From the NCBI GenBank assembly GCA_030141605.1, contig JAQGDQ010001178.1, forward strand, positions 1 to 57,202: a stretch of 57,202 bases of DNA, written 5' to 3'. The notes below the pieces were generated by a model, which saw only the letters and a list, made by a program, of their open reading frames with translations, ran no database searches and had not been told where the DNA came from. Source of the stretch: Tubiluchus corallicola (lineage: Eukaryota > Animalia > Priapulida). The position numbers and the translations under genes are program-made. This document shows, piece after piece, positions 1 through 13,300 of the stretch (the stretch's first letter is position 1; each line of letters begins with the position of its first letter).

Positions 1-112
1 AACAAAATGTGCCATTGCTAATTACTTATAACAATGTATATTTGATTGGAAAAACTTGGACCACAATGCAAATGCATTATATTGATTTTTTAATAAAGTA
101 GAACTATCCTAC

Positions 113-3100
113 CTCAACAGGAGCAACCACAATCCGCCGTCGAGCATAAGGGTGCGGCCGGAAATTCGCAGGCCGCACCCGTCGAACCGGCATCGGTCGT
201 CCAGCTCCAGTTGGATAAGCTCTGAAAAATAAATCCTTGTTTAGCAAACATGTAAGCCTCTAAAAAGTCGTTAATATGGCCTCTTACATTTTTTCAATAA
301 AATTGGGGGTGGGGTGTCGTCGGGGAGATGCTGTATAACTCATAGCAAAATGAAAACTACTTTGGTGGCTATTTGCGTCGTCACGTGGGCCGATTATTAT
401 GCTGACATTTGGCGTGTTAATAACTCATATAAATCCTACGTAAAGTATCAGTTAATACGTTAATAACGTCCATTCACTGTTTCTGCATAAAAAGCAAAAG
501 ACGTTTGTGCATTACTGAACATTGGGAGTTAGCATTTGTACTGTTAAACTGACAAGTTGCAATGCCTTTGCTAGTTTATAATGCCAGTCATTATTAGTAA
601 ACAAAAGTTTCTTCCGCTAAATTTTGTCATTTCTTAGAGATGTCTAACAGCATGTTTTTGCATATTAGGCCTGCATTAGGCCTCTAACGCGTTTAGAGAC
701 AAAGTTTAACCAGCTTTGTGCTTTTATACATGATAATAAAAAGTTGAAATTTAAGGGTTGAAAGTCAGTTCTAACTGTGTCAGTAAAATTAAGATTTCCT
801 TTTTGTTAAGTTTAAATTATAAAAAAATCCGCTTACCTGGTCACACGCAAGGCCGGGACAGGCACCGCCTCCTGCTCTAATGGACAATTCGCCATAACGT
901 AGTGCCGGCCCCGACCCTCAATGACATTGCCCTGCCCTCCACAGAAATTGAAGTTTGGGCACCTTCGCCTAAAAGAGACAAAAATAATTTTCAATTTTCT
1001 ACAAAACGTACTTTCATTTTGTCAAACTTCAAAAAAAAACAACAACAGCAAAAAAGACTACAAAACTTCCAGTTTAATAACTTTATGGATAAACAAATTT
1101 AATAAAACTACATGAGAAATTTCTTAGAACTAATTTACTCCTATTTGCTGGTATAGAATCGGGATTGCGTATCCCAATTTTTCCACAGCTCTTTTACAAA
1201 AGCAATAAACGATATTGAATCAAACTATTCTCAAAAAAAATCTCTGAAAAATCTGCATGTTTAAGAAGTTAATAAAACTACATGAGAAATTGTTGGATTT
1301 AAATGACTCCTATTTGCTGGCAATTTGTTAAGCACGTGTTTGAAGAACTGATCAATCCTCTTAACGCACAAGTTCAACTCTGGTAGGTTTATTATAAACA
1401 TTGGCACACAAGCTGAAATATTGGACATCTCCAAATGGAAAGAAAACTAAATGAAATATCAATTTTCTAGTGTAGAAAGCACAAATTTGCACATCTAACT
1501 GAAAAGAAACAGCAAATATTTTGTTGCTATGTGTTCGTTTCCCACCCTGGAGGTCGCGGGTTCTGTAACGTCTTGGCAACATTTGTAACTTTGTTAGAAA
1601 CTTTATAGAACAGTTAACATAAATCTTTCTTGCTTATTAATCTGCTTATTCACAAAGACTGCTGCCATGATAAGTCTAGAGGATGTAACGCCTCGTGGCT
1701 TGGCTTGCCGGCTAAAAACAGTGAGAGGAAACCTTAGTGAGCACAAACATTAAAAATATAAACCATAGATAAGAACACGTCACAGGTTCAATTCCTGACA
1801 CGTAAGAGTAAAGTTTTAATTACCGCTCGTTCTGCCAAGCGGGTTCTATCAAGACTACTTTGAAAATAAGCTGTTATCATTGTACTATTAGTGTCCTAAA
1901 CATTATTAAGGACAATTATAAATATTATTATTTATATAGCCATAGATTATTCATGTCTAAAACGTTTTAACCAAAAATAGATTAAATCATATTCAAGTTA
2001 CCCATGACTTCTTGGACAAAAATTGCTAAGTTGGTAGGTCAGTTGTTCAGTTACGGTTCACAACTACTCGAGTAAATCTTGTGCTCAATTAAGAAACAGC
2101 AGAATTTAGCAAACCGTCTCTTACAGCAGCTAAATGAACTACTGCAACCAACATAGTAAAAGACTTGCTATGACGGTAGAAAACCACAATTATTATGAAT
2201 GTCGATACACATTAAACTCCAGAAGACAAGAAAGTAAATAGCTGGAACTCAGTCTGGTTTTGAAACAGAGACATTTGAATTACAAAAACAATTTCATAAC
2301 CACTAGGTCATCATGTTTCCTGATGACTATGACATTCGCTTTTCCTTCTTCCTTCCATGCCTCTCTCTCTCCCATCTCTCTCTCTCTCTCTCTCCCCCCA
2401 TCTCTCTCTCTAAATGATTACCATTACCATCACCAACATCATCACCATCACCACCATCATCATCATCATCACCATCATTCTCATCATCACCATCATTATC
2501 ACCATTGTCATCATCACCATCATTATCATCATCAGCATCATTATCACCATCGTCATCATCATTCTTATCATTATCATTATACTACGATACAAAAAAAACA
2601 GTGAGGTAACTTTAAATGATTCTTGACCTCATTTGCTATAATCATTTTTCCTTTTGGTACAATAATTAACTATCGAAAAATCAGTAATATCTCGGATGGA
2701 ATGAAATGTCCAGAGACAACGTTCCAGTTCGTGTCGATTAAGACGATATGAAAACTCCATGAAATGATTGTAATAAGTTAGCTGTTAACAAGCTAGCTTT
2801 GCTTCACAAAGACTAAACGGTAAAGTTTTGTGTAAAGTAAACAAAAACGAAAACTATAGCCACGAGGGGGCAAAATGAACGGTTCTACTACTGAAAAAGC
2901 TATTTTGTAATTATAATCGTGTCTACTTACACTGGCTTTGGCTTGCTCTGGCGTTCTTCCAGGGGTGGCCGAGCCACCACCCCTGCCTGGAGCTCGCGTC
3001 GTCGCTGCTCCTGGTACCTCCACGCACAGGCAGACGTAGACCTGTGCGTGGCGTACTGGGGGTTGATGTTGCCCCGCCCCCCGCACTGGGTGAACCAATG

Positions 3101-3642
3101 ACATCTGAAAAAAGAAGAAAACGTCATTTCATTTTACTAGTTTAACAGTAAAAGTAAACAACAGCGGTTATTACAAGACAGTAATATTATAAGAGAATAC
3201 ATATATATAAAGTCTATGATAAAATAAATAAGTTATTAAGTTGTTGTGTAAACTAAGGGTATGTAGTAAATTTGATTTGACTCTTTTATCACTATAATAA
3301 CGCAAACTATTTTATATTGTTTAAAGTTTTGTTGCAAGAAAAACGATGTTCTGTTTACTGGCAGCAAAGTCTTCAGGTTATTGAGAATTTAGAAATTTTA
3401 ATGATTGCAAACACAACAGACGCGGGGCTGGCTTGTTAACTTAAAATGTTTCGAAAATAAATTGTAAGATGATCCTGTAAAAAGTTCTATAAATAAAGAA
3501 TAATCTCACACCACACGAGATTGTTAACAGCAGAAAAAAATTTCTGTTTGTTTGGACAACGGTACATATGCAGAAAATAAAAAAGTAGATGGAAAGGTTT
3601 TCTGGCTAAAAAGCAAAATTTCTTTACTTACCGCTTAGGCAT
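113..3642 (-). CDS. Unrecognised protein with two N-terminal C2HC (CCHHC-like) zinc-finger-like motifs; 5' part only, continues off the left edge. Coding exons 3642-3632, 3104-2931, 968-837, 221-113
   Basis: All junctions are GT-AG with matching phases (2,2,2,0). Spliced product MPKRCHWFTQCGGRGNINPQYATHRSTSACAW...VRRCPNFNFCGGQGNVIEGRGRHYVMANCPLEQ...RPHPYARRRIVVAPVE. Both Cys/His motifs resemble the zf-C2HC pattern CPxPGCxGxGH-x7-HRSxxGCP. Exons are GC-rich against AT-rich introns. Confidence 0.7.
2361..2580. repeat. (CT)n followed by degenerate (CAT/CAC)n microsatellite
   Basis: Seen directly; explains the poly-His/Ile/Met ORFs. Confidence 0.95.
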
Positions 3643-3906
3643 GATGAAAAAAGAATCTCGTGATCGTCGTGACTGTTAATCTGAAATAAGCAAAAAAATG
3701 AAGTGTTATTTACGGCTCGGTCAGCTAAAACCATTTTATTACTGCACAGGATCTAGAGTTCGAATCACACGAGTTTCATGACGATCCGATCATTTGTTAC
3801 AGAAATACAAGAGAAAAACCTATTGTGGACAGTGGACGAACAGACACACGGACACAGTAGGGTCATTTAAAATTTAAAAATTCAACAAGAAAATAGTCAA
3901 ACTTAC

Positions 3907-4117
3907 CAATTTAATAATGCAGCTAAATATCGTATCTGAAAAACATAACAACTTTTAATTGCATGCAATAAACGTTAACTTTCTTATAATTTTATGGCAA
4001 CTCTAATGTTAATATACAGGGTCAAAATAAGTAATAACGAATATGAAGGCTTGATGATGAAAGCTTGATAAACAAATAAACAATAGTAGTTAGCAATCTT
4101 ACAATGGAATGCTTAAT
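3907..4117 (-). other. Probable small 5'UTR exons of the zinc-finger gene (3935-3907, 29 nt; 4117-4103, 15 nt)
   Basis: Each is flanked on the minus strand by a T-rich ttttcag acceptor and a gtaag donor, upstream of the ATG-bearing exon 3680-3632. Confidence 0.5.
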
Positions 4118-5276
4118 CTGAAAAAAAATGTACACCAATATAATATCATAGTAGCATGGTGGTGGCAGTAGCAGTAAATGTAGTACAAAATTTACATTTA
4201 AACGTGTGTACTTAATTACTATCTTGGTAATTTAAAATTTCAAAGAAAGACAAAGTTTGGACCTGAAAAAAATGACATTTTTTTATTACGTGCATTAAAA
4301 GTTAACTTTCTCATAATATTATAGCAGCTCCGATGTGAATCTACAGTCCTCATAATATTACAGCAGCTCCAATGTGAATCTACAGTCCTGCATTTAGCAA
4401 GCTGTCTGCCAGTATTCAAAGTCAGTGGATACTTTAATGAACAACCTTGTGGCTGGTCAGAATGCGTACCCATGATTCCTCAAACGGCACACATTTATAG
4501 GCAAGTGTACAACGAGTCATTATTCATTAATCATTCAGTAGTCACTATTCATTTATTAACCGGGCTTTATGTTGCTTAACTTCGTCTGTGGAAATTTTCG
4601 TTTTTTTGGCAGACGTGTCACTGATAACGAAAAATACAAACACATCAAGGGCTAGTTAATTTCCTTACAAAAATCAGCACTTATCTTAAACAGCCATTTG
4701 AGAGTTCAATTATAAACGCGTAATTTAAATTTGAACAGCAACATTTTTAACTGTGCTGTTTTTTCTACAGCATGCAGATTGGCTTCTTTATGACACTGAA
4801 AACCCATTTACCAGACTCAGTATGAAGCCAGCTGATAAAGTCATTTTTGCTTCACAGGGTAGAGGTAAAAATTTTAATAAAATATCGTCAAATCGTAGAT
4901 TTATAACTAGTCTTTCATAAGTAACACTTTGAGCAGTTACTGTGGTAAATATTTATCTCTCGATTTTAACCAAAGACAGTCAAACAATAGAAATAGAATC
5001 ATTTTTATTTCGCACACGTGGACAAACACGCTTCCGTGTTATTTGATCAGCACATTTCAGCTTGTTAGAATATTTTTACTACGCCGTTTCTTTTGCGACA
5101 CCCTGTACAAACGTTTCTGGGTCACTGGCTGTCGAATTTTTATTCCTAAGCGGCGTACTTTTCATGTAAAGAAGTTGAAGTGTGGTGAGAAAGGTCAAAG
5201 CAAACAGAGTCAAATATACAGAAATACTGAACTAATTATAAAGGACAAAAACTGGCCGAAATGCTACAACAGTAGC

Positions 5277-5880
5277 AGCTCTAAACGTCTACTGCTCATG
5301 CGCAGGAAAAACAGTTGTTTACATTTGAATTTTTAAAGATTTGAGCTCTAAACATCTACTGCTCATGCGCAGGAAAAACAGTCGTTTACATTTGAAATTT
5401 TTTGAAGATTTGAGCTCTAAACGTCTACTGCTCATGCGCAGGAAAAACAGTTGTTTACATTTGATATTTTTAAAGACTTGAGCTCTAAACGTCTACTGCT
5501 CATGCGCAGGAAAAACAGTCGTTTACATTTGAAATTTTTGAAGACTTGAGCTCTAAACGTCTACTGCTCATGCGCAGGAAAAACAGTTGTTTACATTTGA
5601 ATATTTTTGAAGATTTGAGCTCTAAACGTCTACTGCTCATGCGCAGGAAAAACAGTCGTTTACATTTGAAATTTTTTGAAGATTTGAGCTCTAAACGTCT
5701 ACTGCTCATGCGCAGGAAAAACAGTTGTTTACATTTGAACGCTGAAAGATTTGAGCTCTAAACGTCTACTGCTCATGCGCAGGAAAAACAGTCGTTTACA
5801 TTTGAAATTTTTTGAAGATTTGAGCTCTAAACGTCAACTGCTCATGCGCAGGAAAAACAGTTCACATTTGAACATTTTTA
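5277..5880. repeat. Minisatellite, about 68 bp unit, about 9 copies
   Basis: Unit agctctaaacgtctactgctcatgcgcaggaaaaacagtYgtttacatttg... starts at about 5277, 5344, 5413, 5481, 5549, 5618, 5687, 5754 and 5823. Confidence 0.95.
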
Positions 5881-6384
5881 AAGAAATAAATAATTTGAGC
5901 AAAGTTTTGGATGCAATTAAAACAGCAAAAGTACTAAATTGTTCTTATCTTAAACGTGTATAACAAGGAAATAAATTAATGCCCGTCTTTGTCCATTTAT
6001 TTCTATTGCAAACTGAATTAACGCAGATTTGTCTAGTATTAGTTTAAATTTGCCAAAAATGGATAAAAAATATGCTGTTATTTCCGTTACGCTGAACATC
6101 AGTGTGTTTATTCAATAATAAAGAAAAGAAGCGAAGAAACAAATTATAAAATTCGTAATAATTCGTAGTATAAGCAGGTTAAAATGGAACAAATTGTAGG
6201 CCTATTCATTCATTTTTTTCCCGAAAATCAGCCTTAAATTTTACATGCAGTAGAGATGGGCGGATAGCTGATTTGCAGTCATGCGGTTGCGGTGTCCGCA
6301 TTGATTATGCGAAATGCGGATGTATTATTTGCAGATATGCGGATTTTTAATGTCAAAAATTTGGTATTTTACGCGAAATTTCAT

Positions 6385-6428
6385 ATGTATATATTATATA
6401 TATATATATATATACACACATATATATA

Positions 6429-6473
<45 letters not shown>

Positions 6474-6478
6474 ATGTA
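6385..6478. repeat. (TA)n/(TG)n microsatellite
   Basis: Seen directly. Confidence 0.9.
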
Positions 6479-7047
6479 TCAAAATATATATCCAAAATTC
6501 TAAATATCCGAGAATTAACAAAAAAAAACTATAGCCACATAGGTACATACTCACATAGCCGTCATGTCTGCCATGTTAAAAATTTAAAAAAAACATTTTC
6601 TTACCTTATAAAGATCACTTATAAATTATAAAGATCACTTAAAATATGCACAATACTCAACAATACACAATAGCTAAATAAATTTTATTCATACAAGATA
6701 TTGTATTCATATAAAAGACTGATTGATTGATATTAAATAATAAGTTCGCACTATCGTACTTACGTCGCTCAAACAAAGGAGACTGTACGTCGGTTGTCCA
6801 GTGCTTTTATACTCGAAATGGTTTCGGACGGGTCTATTTTAACAAGAAAGGGTGGAGTCTTTGGCTATTCAGTGTTCTCAGAATTAGGAACGCGTTGTAC
6901 AGCGTAATACAGTAGCCCAGTAGCAGGTCTAGCTAACATTTCAGTACTTCAGGTATTTCAGTTCTAAACAATCAACAACCATAACTGTATGTATACGTGA
7001 CTGTAGTATAGTCTATGTTTGGATACGTTGATCATGGCCGCCAAGCA

Positions 7048-7050
<3 letters not shown>

Positions 7051-7126
<76 letters not shown>

Positions 7127-7165
7127 TCTTTCTCCCTCACCCTTTTGTCTCTTTTTCTCTCTCTC
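7051..7165. repeat. (CT)n microsatellite
   Basis: Seen directly. Confidence 0.95.
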
Positions 7166-7275
7166 TTTTATGCAACAACTTTACAACTGATAATGTAATA
7201 AATTCACGATTGTTATAAAATAAACTTTGCATTGTTAAATTTTGAAACGAAACATGGCTGAAAGAAAATTGTAGG

Positions 7276-7348
7276 GGTACAGCCTGCATTTGAACCAGGA
7301 ACTCTTTGTTTACAAGTCGACGCTGTGACCACTACATTATTGCTGTCG
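7276..7348 (-). mobile_element. Degenerate tRNA-like sequence, probably a tRNA-SINE head or tRNA pseudogene
   Basis: Minus strand has tgtagtggtc (A-box-like), cttgtaa (anticodon-loop-like) and ggttcaaatgc (B-box-like). Related pieces at about 26392-26465 and 45735-45795. No intact cloverleaf. Confidence 0.45.
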
Positions 7349-7702
7349 CAAACAGTGATCATGAGAGATGTATATTTAATCTGTATAATTCATGAGAGAT
7401 GTATAATGGACGTTTTCCCGACAAGTCACAAAGAAATGGCATCTATCTTCATGTGTCAAGACATTTTATTTACGTGGACATTTATTTATGTATGTATGTA
7501 TGATCAGTACTAGTAATGTAAGCAATGATGGCTCAAAAAAACAAAAGAGAAAATCATTAATCCTATACATAGGAAGAAACAGCTTAAACTTAGGAGAAAC
7601 ACAGATAATAATGCCAGAAAAACTAACAACAGTAAGAGCAAAAATTAATAGTTTGTAAGTACTGGGTTAGAGTTACACAAATTGACAAGAGATGCCCCCC
7701 CC

Positions 7703-7710
7703 CACACACA

Positions 7711-7763
<53 letters not shown>
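7703..7763. repeat. (CA)n microsatellite
   Basis: Seen directly. Confidence 0.95.
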
Positions 7764-7765
<2 letters not shown>

Positions 7766-8075
7766 TATGAGTTTGTATTTTTAGTGGATAGATGGCGCTA
7801 GCGTTTAAATAAAAACGAAGTTGAAACACATCATGTATGCTGTATAGTGTCTATCAATATACCGGTATGTGTTTTTGAATCAAAGGTGAGGTGACACGTT
7901 TTATAAACTAGTGAGCTTCCTTGAGGAAGTGGCTTCTAGAAGGCAGAAAAGTGGTCCAAAATGCAGCAAAATGTTGTCCGGGTGGACCTCGTTGGGGAGC
8001 TTACATTGTTCCCCCAGACCCCCTAACTGCTTTTCTGTTGGGTACACCGTTGTTCTGAACCCTGTATCCGCCCCT

Positions 8076-8212
8076 GTTGTTGTTGTTGGCATCCTCCTGT
8101 CTCGGAAGACAATGGAGTGTGCGCCAAGAGAGTCAGTTATTGATCACATTGATGGAGCTGCAGCGTCGACTATGGCTGAGCAGTCCGATCCTTGAACGTC
8201 TCCAGGGCGCAC
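8076..8212 (-). mobile_element. 5'-truncated copy of the RTE-tailed SINE with a (CAA)n tail
   Basis: Near-identical to the 3' ends of 25345-25700 and 33845-34404; encodes SRIGLLSHSRRC. Confidence 0.8.
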
Positions 8213-10030
8213 AGTTTACAGCTTGACAACGTGGCGCCATCTTCAGGCGTTCCTCAAAAGAACAATAATCTCCGATAACTGAACTACTTTCATAATGCAG
8301 CGCCACGCTCACCGTCACTTACAAATACGATTGAAAAAGGTAACCATTTAATAATCTGGCGCCACCTTCAGGCCCACGAAAGTATTATTTGACTGCTAAA
8401 GCACTTGAAACGCGTTGCTGTTGCCACACGAACTAATCCTATATACCATTCTCTAAAAATTAATCATTTGAAAACGTGTTTTCAACTTCAGGCATTATTA
8501 TAAACTAAAAACTAAATCAGTTAACAAAGTGGCGCCATCTTTCGTAAGCATTCAAAGTACTTTACAGGTATTAAGCAATTGTCACGGAAACTGATATTAA
8601 AAATCAAGAAAAAAAAACAGTTTATTTATTTATTTAATCTACCAAAGTTTATTTAATTTTCAGTACATAAAATTATTTTCACAAATCGAAAATAAATAAA
8701 TGCATTTCACTATTCTGTAATTTCATTACATAAAATTTTGCCCTAAATCTAAATAAAAATTGTAATAAGTCAAATAAATTTACAAACAAAGTGGTAAATA
8801 AGATGATACAAACCTAAATGTGTTCTCTATAGTATCGAACCATCTCTTGAAATACATGTTTTATACAGAGACTTCATTACAAACTACGGCTAGGCCTATC
8901 TAAAACCATAATTGTGTATCTATGCCTTTTAAGAAACCGATTTCTAAACATGGGAATGACAAAATAAATAGACTTACAAAATGTAAGCTTGTGTTGGTGA
9001 CAATGCAAAAATGAAACTAAAATTAGTAGCACCAAAAATGAAAAAAAATGGAACAGTCCAGTGAAATGTGTCGAAAAACTTTTTTTATAACTAGCTTCGT
9101 AAACTTGCTTGAAAATGCGTGAAGATTGAAAAGCGATCAAACGACTCCATTTTCACTCGGCCTCAAGTTCATAGAATCCAAAATGTTCTTGAAAATTTTG
9201 AAGTTTTGCAAAGCACGTTTTGTCTAGGAATTGCTTAAGAAAGGAAAAACTCGGGAAAAAACAGCATAAGGGGAGTAGTTAGTAAGAACCGAGGGGAACA
9301 GGAGCAAACGGGGGCAACGGCTCCCCCTGATCACATTTTTCAAAATTTGCGCCTTTTCAACAATGGAGTCATTACTTTGTTTGACCTCCCGTGAAATGAG
9401 CGTGAATTTACACAACTCATGTGTCAATGTTGACTGATTGAACTAAGGACCAAATTGTCCCAAATCTCACTGTTAACTCTTTAGTTCAAATCCGGGATAA
9501 AAGTCAAATCTTTTTTTACTTTTATAATGGCGTTGGAAGAATTTTCTAGAATCATTACTTTATTTGACAAACCTGCCTCCCTAGTTTTCATGCATTTACA
9601 CAACTCATTTGTCAAGGTTGACTGATTGAACCAAGGACCAAATTGTCCCAAATTCAATTATAATAATAATATACATTCTTGTCACACGAGTGCATAATAT
9701 TAGGCATTTTAAGTACAAAACGGAAAGTCAAGCACTTATTTTAAAACTGTATCTGCCTCGTGTTTAGATTTTAAACGCAAAATTAAAATGCACAATAAAA
9801 ACTGTTTCGCATGCGTCACGACACCCTGCTTTACGTGCTTGCTACCCCTAATTTTAGAACCTGGTTTATGCCCCCGGGACATATACAAGCTCTAGCTGGA
9901 GACGAACACTGCGATTAATTTTTCACGACAATTATAAGCCATGATGTCCTTTCAACACCACGGAGGAAAAAAGATGACGTTTCTAACGCGTAGATATCAC
10001 AGGCTAACGCAACTGCTCCTAAACATGCTC

Positions 10031-10310
10031 CTACTTTCTCTTCATCTTTTCCATCACATCCTTCCTCTTTTCCGACGCCTTCTTGCGCACGATCTTCCGA
10101 ATCTCCTTGACGGGCTTGATCCTCCCCTTTTTCTTCAAGTAGGAGATTGCCCACGTCGTGCACGCGACCGTGACGGTGTACCGCGCCGGCGTCGCGACTT
10201 TGTACATCGCAAACATGACGGCCAGCGTCCCGGCTCCCGTCTTCTTGACCGGGTCGAGTACCCACTCGGGCGTACGCAGCAACTCCAACAAGGGCACGAC
10301 GTCGATTCCG
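10031..10310 (-). CDS. FAM210A: FAM210A-like last coding exon
   Basis: Acceptor ttctttatag; YKVATPARYTVT motif; stop TAG ending at 10031. Confidence 0.9.
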
Positions 10311-13300
10311 CTATAAAGAAAACGTTAAATCGTTAAAACTTTCGCTACGCAAAAAATCTTTCGCATGCCAAGAATGCGTGAGAAATGTGAACTTAAAGCA
10401 CAAGAGTTTTTCGCGTTCGTTTGTGACGTATGTCACACGTAAATTCTGATAACGTAGAATAACTGAGTATATGAGAGTTTTATTATACAGGAAATGAGTG
10501 ATTAAGGCCAAAGTTTTTAATTAGTATGATTAATTAGTTAACTTTGTTAATTGAATTTCATTAACTGGTGGTTTTTATGCATTAGTTTTTAATAAAGTAT
10601 TTTTAGTTTTTAATTATAGTTTAAGTAATCGACAGTTTCCCAGTGCTGTCATGAAAGTGATGTGCAAGTCTCCCTTTTGAACCATGGGCTGAGTGTTCAG
10701 CCATTGCGGTATGTAACCAGGTTACAAGTTTCTATTCAAAATGTGCCAAAAATGACCCGAACAAACAGCATATAGTAAGTCCAAAAGTGCCAAGCTGTAC
10801 AACGCGACGTCGCTCACAGTTCAAACGGTGAGTTCTTTGCGTTCGTTTGTGACGTATGTCACACGTAACGTTCTACGTTTCGCAGCATGATTTCCTTATC
10901 CTTTTGATTAGTAATATTCCGTATATAAAATCTTCTATTTTCAAATTCTGTCACAGCAGTAATAGGGCTGTCTATATAAATATAAATTCTGTTGCAGTTT
11001 GGCTGCAAAATCTATTAATAACCTGGAATAGCGTGTTGTTATATAGTTTATATAGGTTTTACATGTCAAATGTAGACACAGGAAAGTTCAAATGTGACTT
11101 AGGTAAGTCAAATGTAGACACAGGAAAGTTTAAATGTGACTTAGGTAAGTCAAATGTAGACAGGAATTTCGAATGTGTTTTGGTAACTCAAATGTGACTT
11201 AGGTAAGTCAAATGTAGACTTAGGAATTTCGAATGTGTTTTTGTAACTCAAACTCTAACAGTTCCAATTGTATGCAAAGTTTACAGAATATTGGTGAACC
11301 TATAACGTTGTTATTTTAATTTAAGAGCAATTATTAAATTGAAATTAAAGAAGATTAAATTTAACATCCTTAAACTTTACCACTTATCCACATTTGAGAT
11401 ACCAATGTCACATTTGACTTGACATGTGTCTACATTTGACTTACCAAAAGCGCTCAAGATTTGTTGAAAACCATTGTTAACACATTTGAACTACCTAAGT
11501 CTACATTTGAGTTACCAAGACACATTTAAATTACCTAAATTTACATTTGAGTTAACGCAGGTCTACATTTGACATGTAGAACCTATAATAGTAATGAGAT
11601 GATACAATAGTTTATAGTAATGGAAATTTTTCTATGTTGTTTGCAGTAATTATTCAAAGTCTAGACAAAATACAGTTAACCTCGTTATAGCTAACCCCCC
11701 TCCCTCCCCCCCTTCTTATCACACTAACCTCGCTTAAAGCACAAGAAAACCCTCCACTTATATAAAGCTTAAAAAATTTGTCTTGAAATTTTATACCATT
11801 TACTTACTGCCTTTTGCTGTGCAGGGTTTGCGTCGGCCGTAATGGTGTATAAAACTTGTAAATTTGTACTCCCGGCCTGACCGTTAGGCGCAGCCATTTT
11901 GACGGTAAGTTATTTGAAACAAGTTTAGATAACACTGAGTGGAAGTTTGAAAAAATAATCAGAGCATTCGTAGCATACATGTTGCTAATTAAGTAAAATT
12001 TTAAATTACTGTATCTCGTCAAAAAGATTAAAAATACGTTTTTGGTTAGCGACTGGCGCACCCTGGACGGTGAGTCAGCGACATTTTACCAATTGGCACA
12101 CATATTTTAAAATATTATTTCTAGTTACATAAGTCTTTCCAGCAGGTACGCAAAATGTTAAGTAATACAGATTTGCATGGAAAATTTTTTGGGTCATAAT
12201 TTAACATTTCCTTTTCTTCTCTGGATTTACGTGGCGTAGTGACGTCATGTAATGGCACCGTCGGAACAGTATTGCAGGAGATTTAAAATGAAAACAAACA
12301 AAAATTCCTTTCAACGCGAGTACGATATACGCATAAATTGCTATAGAGTAATATAATTTTTGAAAGCGAATTCTCTGAAACCACTTCAGGTGCCCCTTTT
12401 CTTGTTCTCTAAAACATGAATACATTTTTTTAAACACTACGACTCAAACAGCAGAAATTCAGACAAAAGAGCATACTAATGGTACCAAACGTAGCGTAAT
12501 ATTTACCTCAAATTTAGGAAGAAATCATGATAACTAGTGATGGGCAATTAATCCAATTAATCCTAATTGGAATCAAGTGAAAATTGGTACAAGCGATGGA
12601 ACAGTAATTCAATTAACCCTTATAGGGTAACCGGGGGGGGGGGGGGGGGGGGTTTGTTTTGTGCACAAAATACTTTCAGTTATTTATTTTAGGCGCATTG
12701 TCTCACCACAAAATAAAAGTGAAAATGCAATATGTCGATTTTTTAAAGTTGTCGAAACTTTACTTCGCTTGTCTATACTATATAGGTTTTACACGTGAAA
12801 TGTAGACATCGGAAAGTTCAAATGTGACTTAGGTAAGTCAAATGTAGACATAGGAATTTCGAATGTGTTTTGGTAACTCGAATGTGACTTAGGTAAGTCA
12901 AATGTAGACACAGAAATTTCAAATGTTTTGGTAACTCAAATGTGACTTAGGTAAGTCAAATGTAGACATAGAATTCTACATTTTATTTGTCAACCTTTTA
13001 CAAAAAATGTCGGCAGAAAAGAATAAATCGGTTCCCACTTCCCAATGAACAGTGAATCACTAATTAGTTTTGTAAGTAATGCATTTAGCACTGCATTAAT
13101 GAATTAGTTTATCTCAAGAAACATTGCTTATTTTAAGAACGTTTTGTTTTCTTTAACAGTTCCAATGGTATGTAAAGTTTGCAGAATATTAGTGAACTAT
13201 TAGTAGACCTATAACGTTGTTATTTTAACTTAGGAGCAATTATTAAATTGAAATTAAAGAAGATTAAATTTAACATCCTTAAACTTTACCACCTATTCAC

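Noticed and set aside
2260-2626. Poly-His, Ile and Met ORFs (likewise poly-Cys at 37949-38355 and poly-Thr/Val/Leu at 51739-52048)
   Set aside because: Microsatellite artefacts.
5277-5880. CRISPR-like regular repeats (also 29910-30355 and 55195-57202)
   Set aside because: No unique spacers, no cas genes, eukaryotic context.
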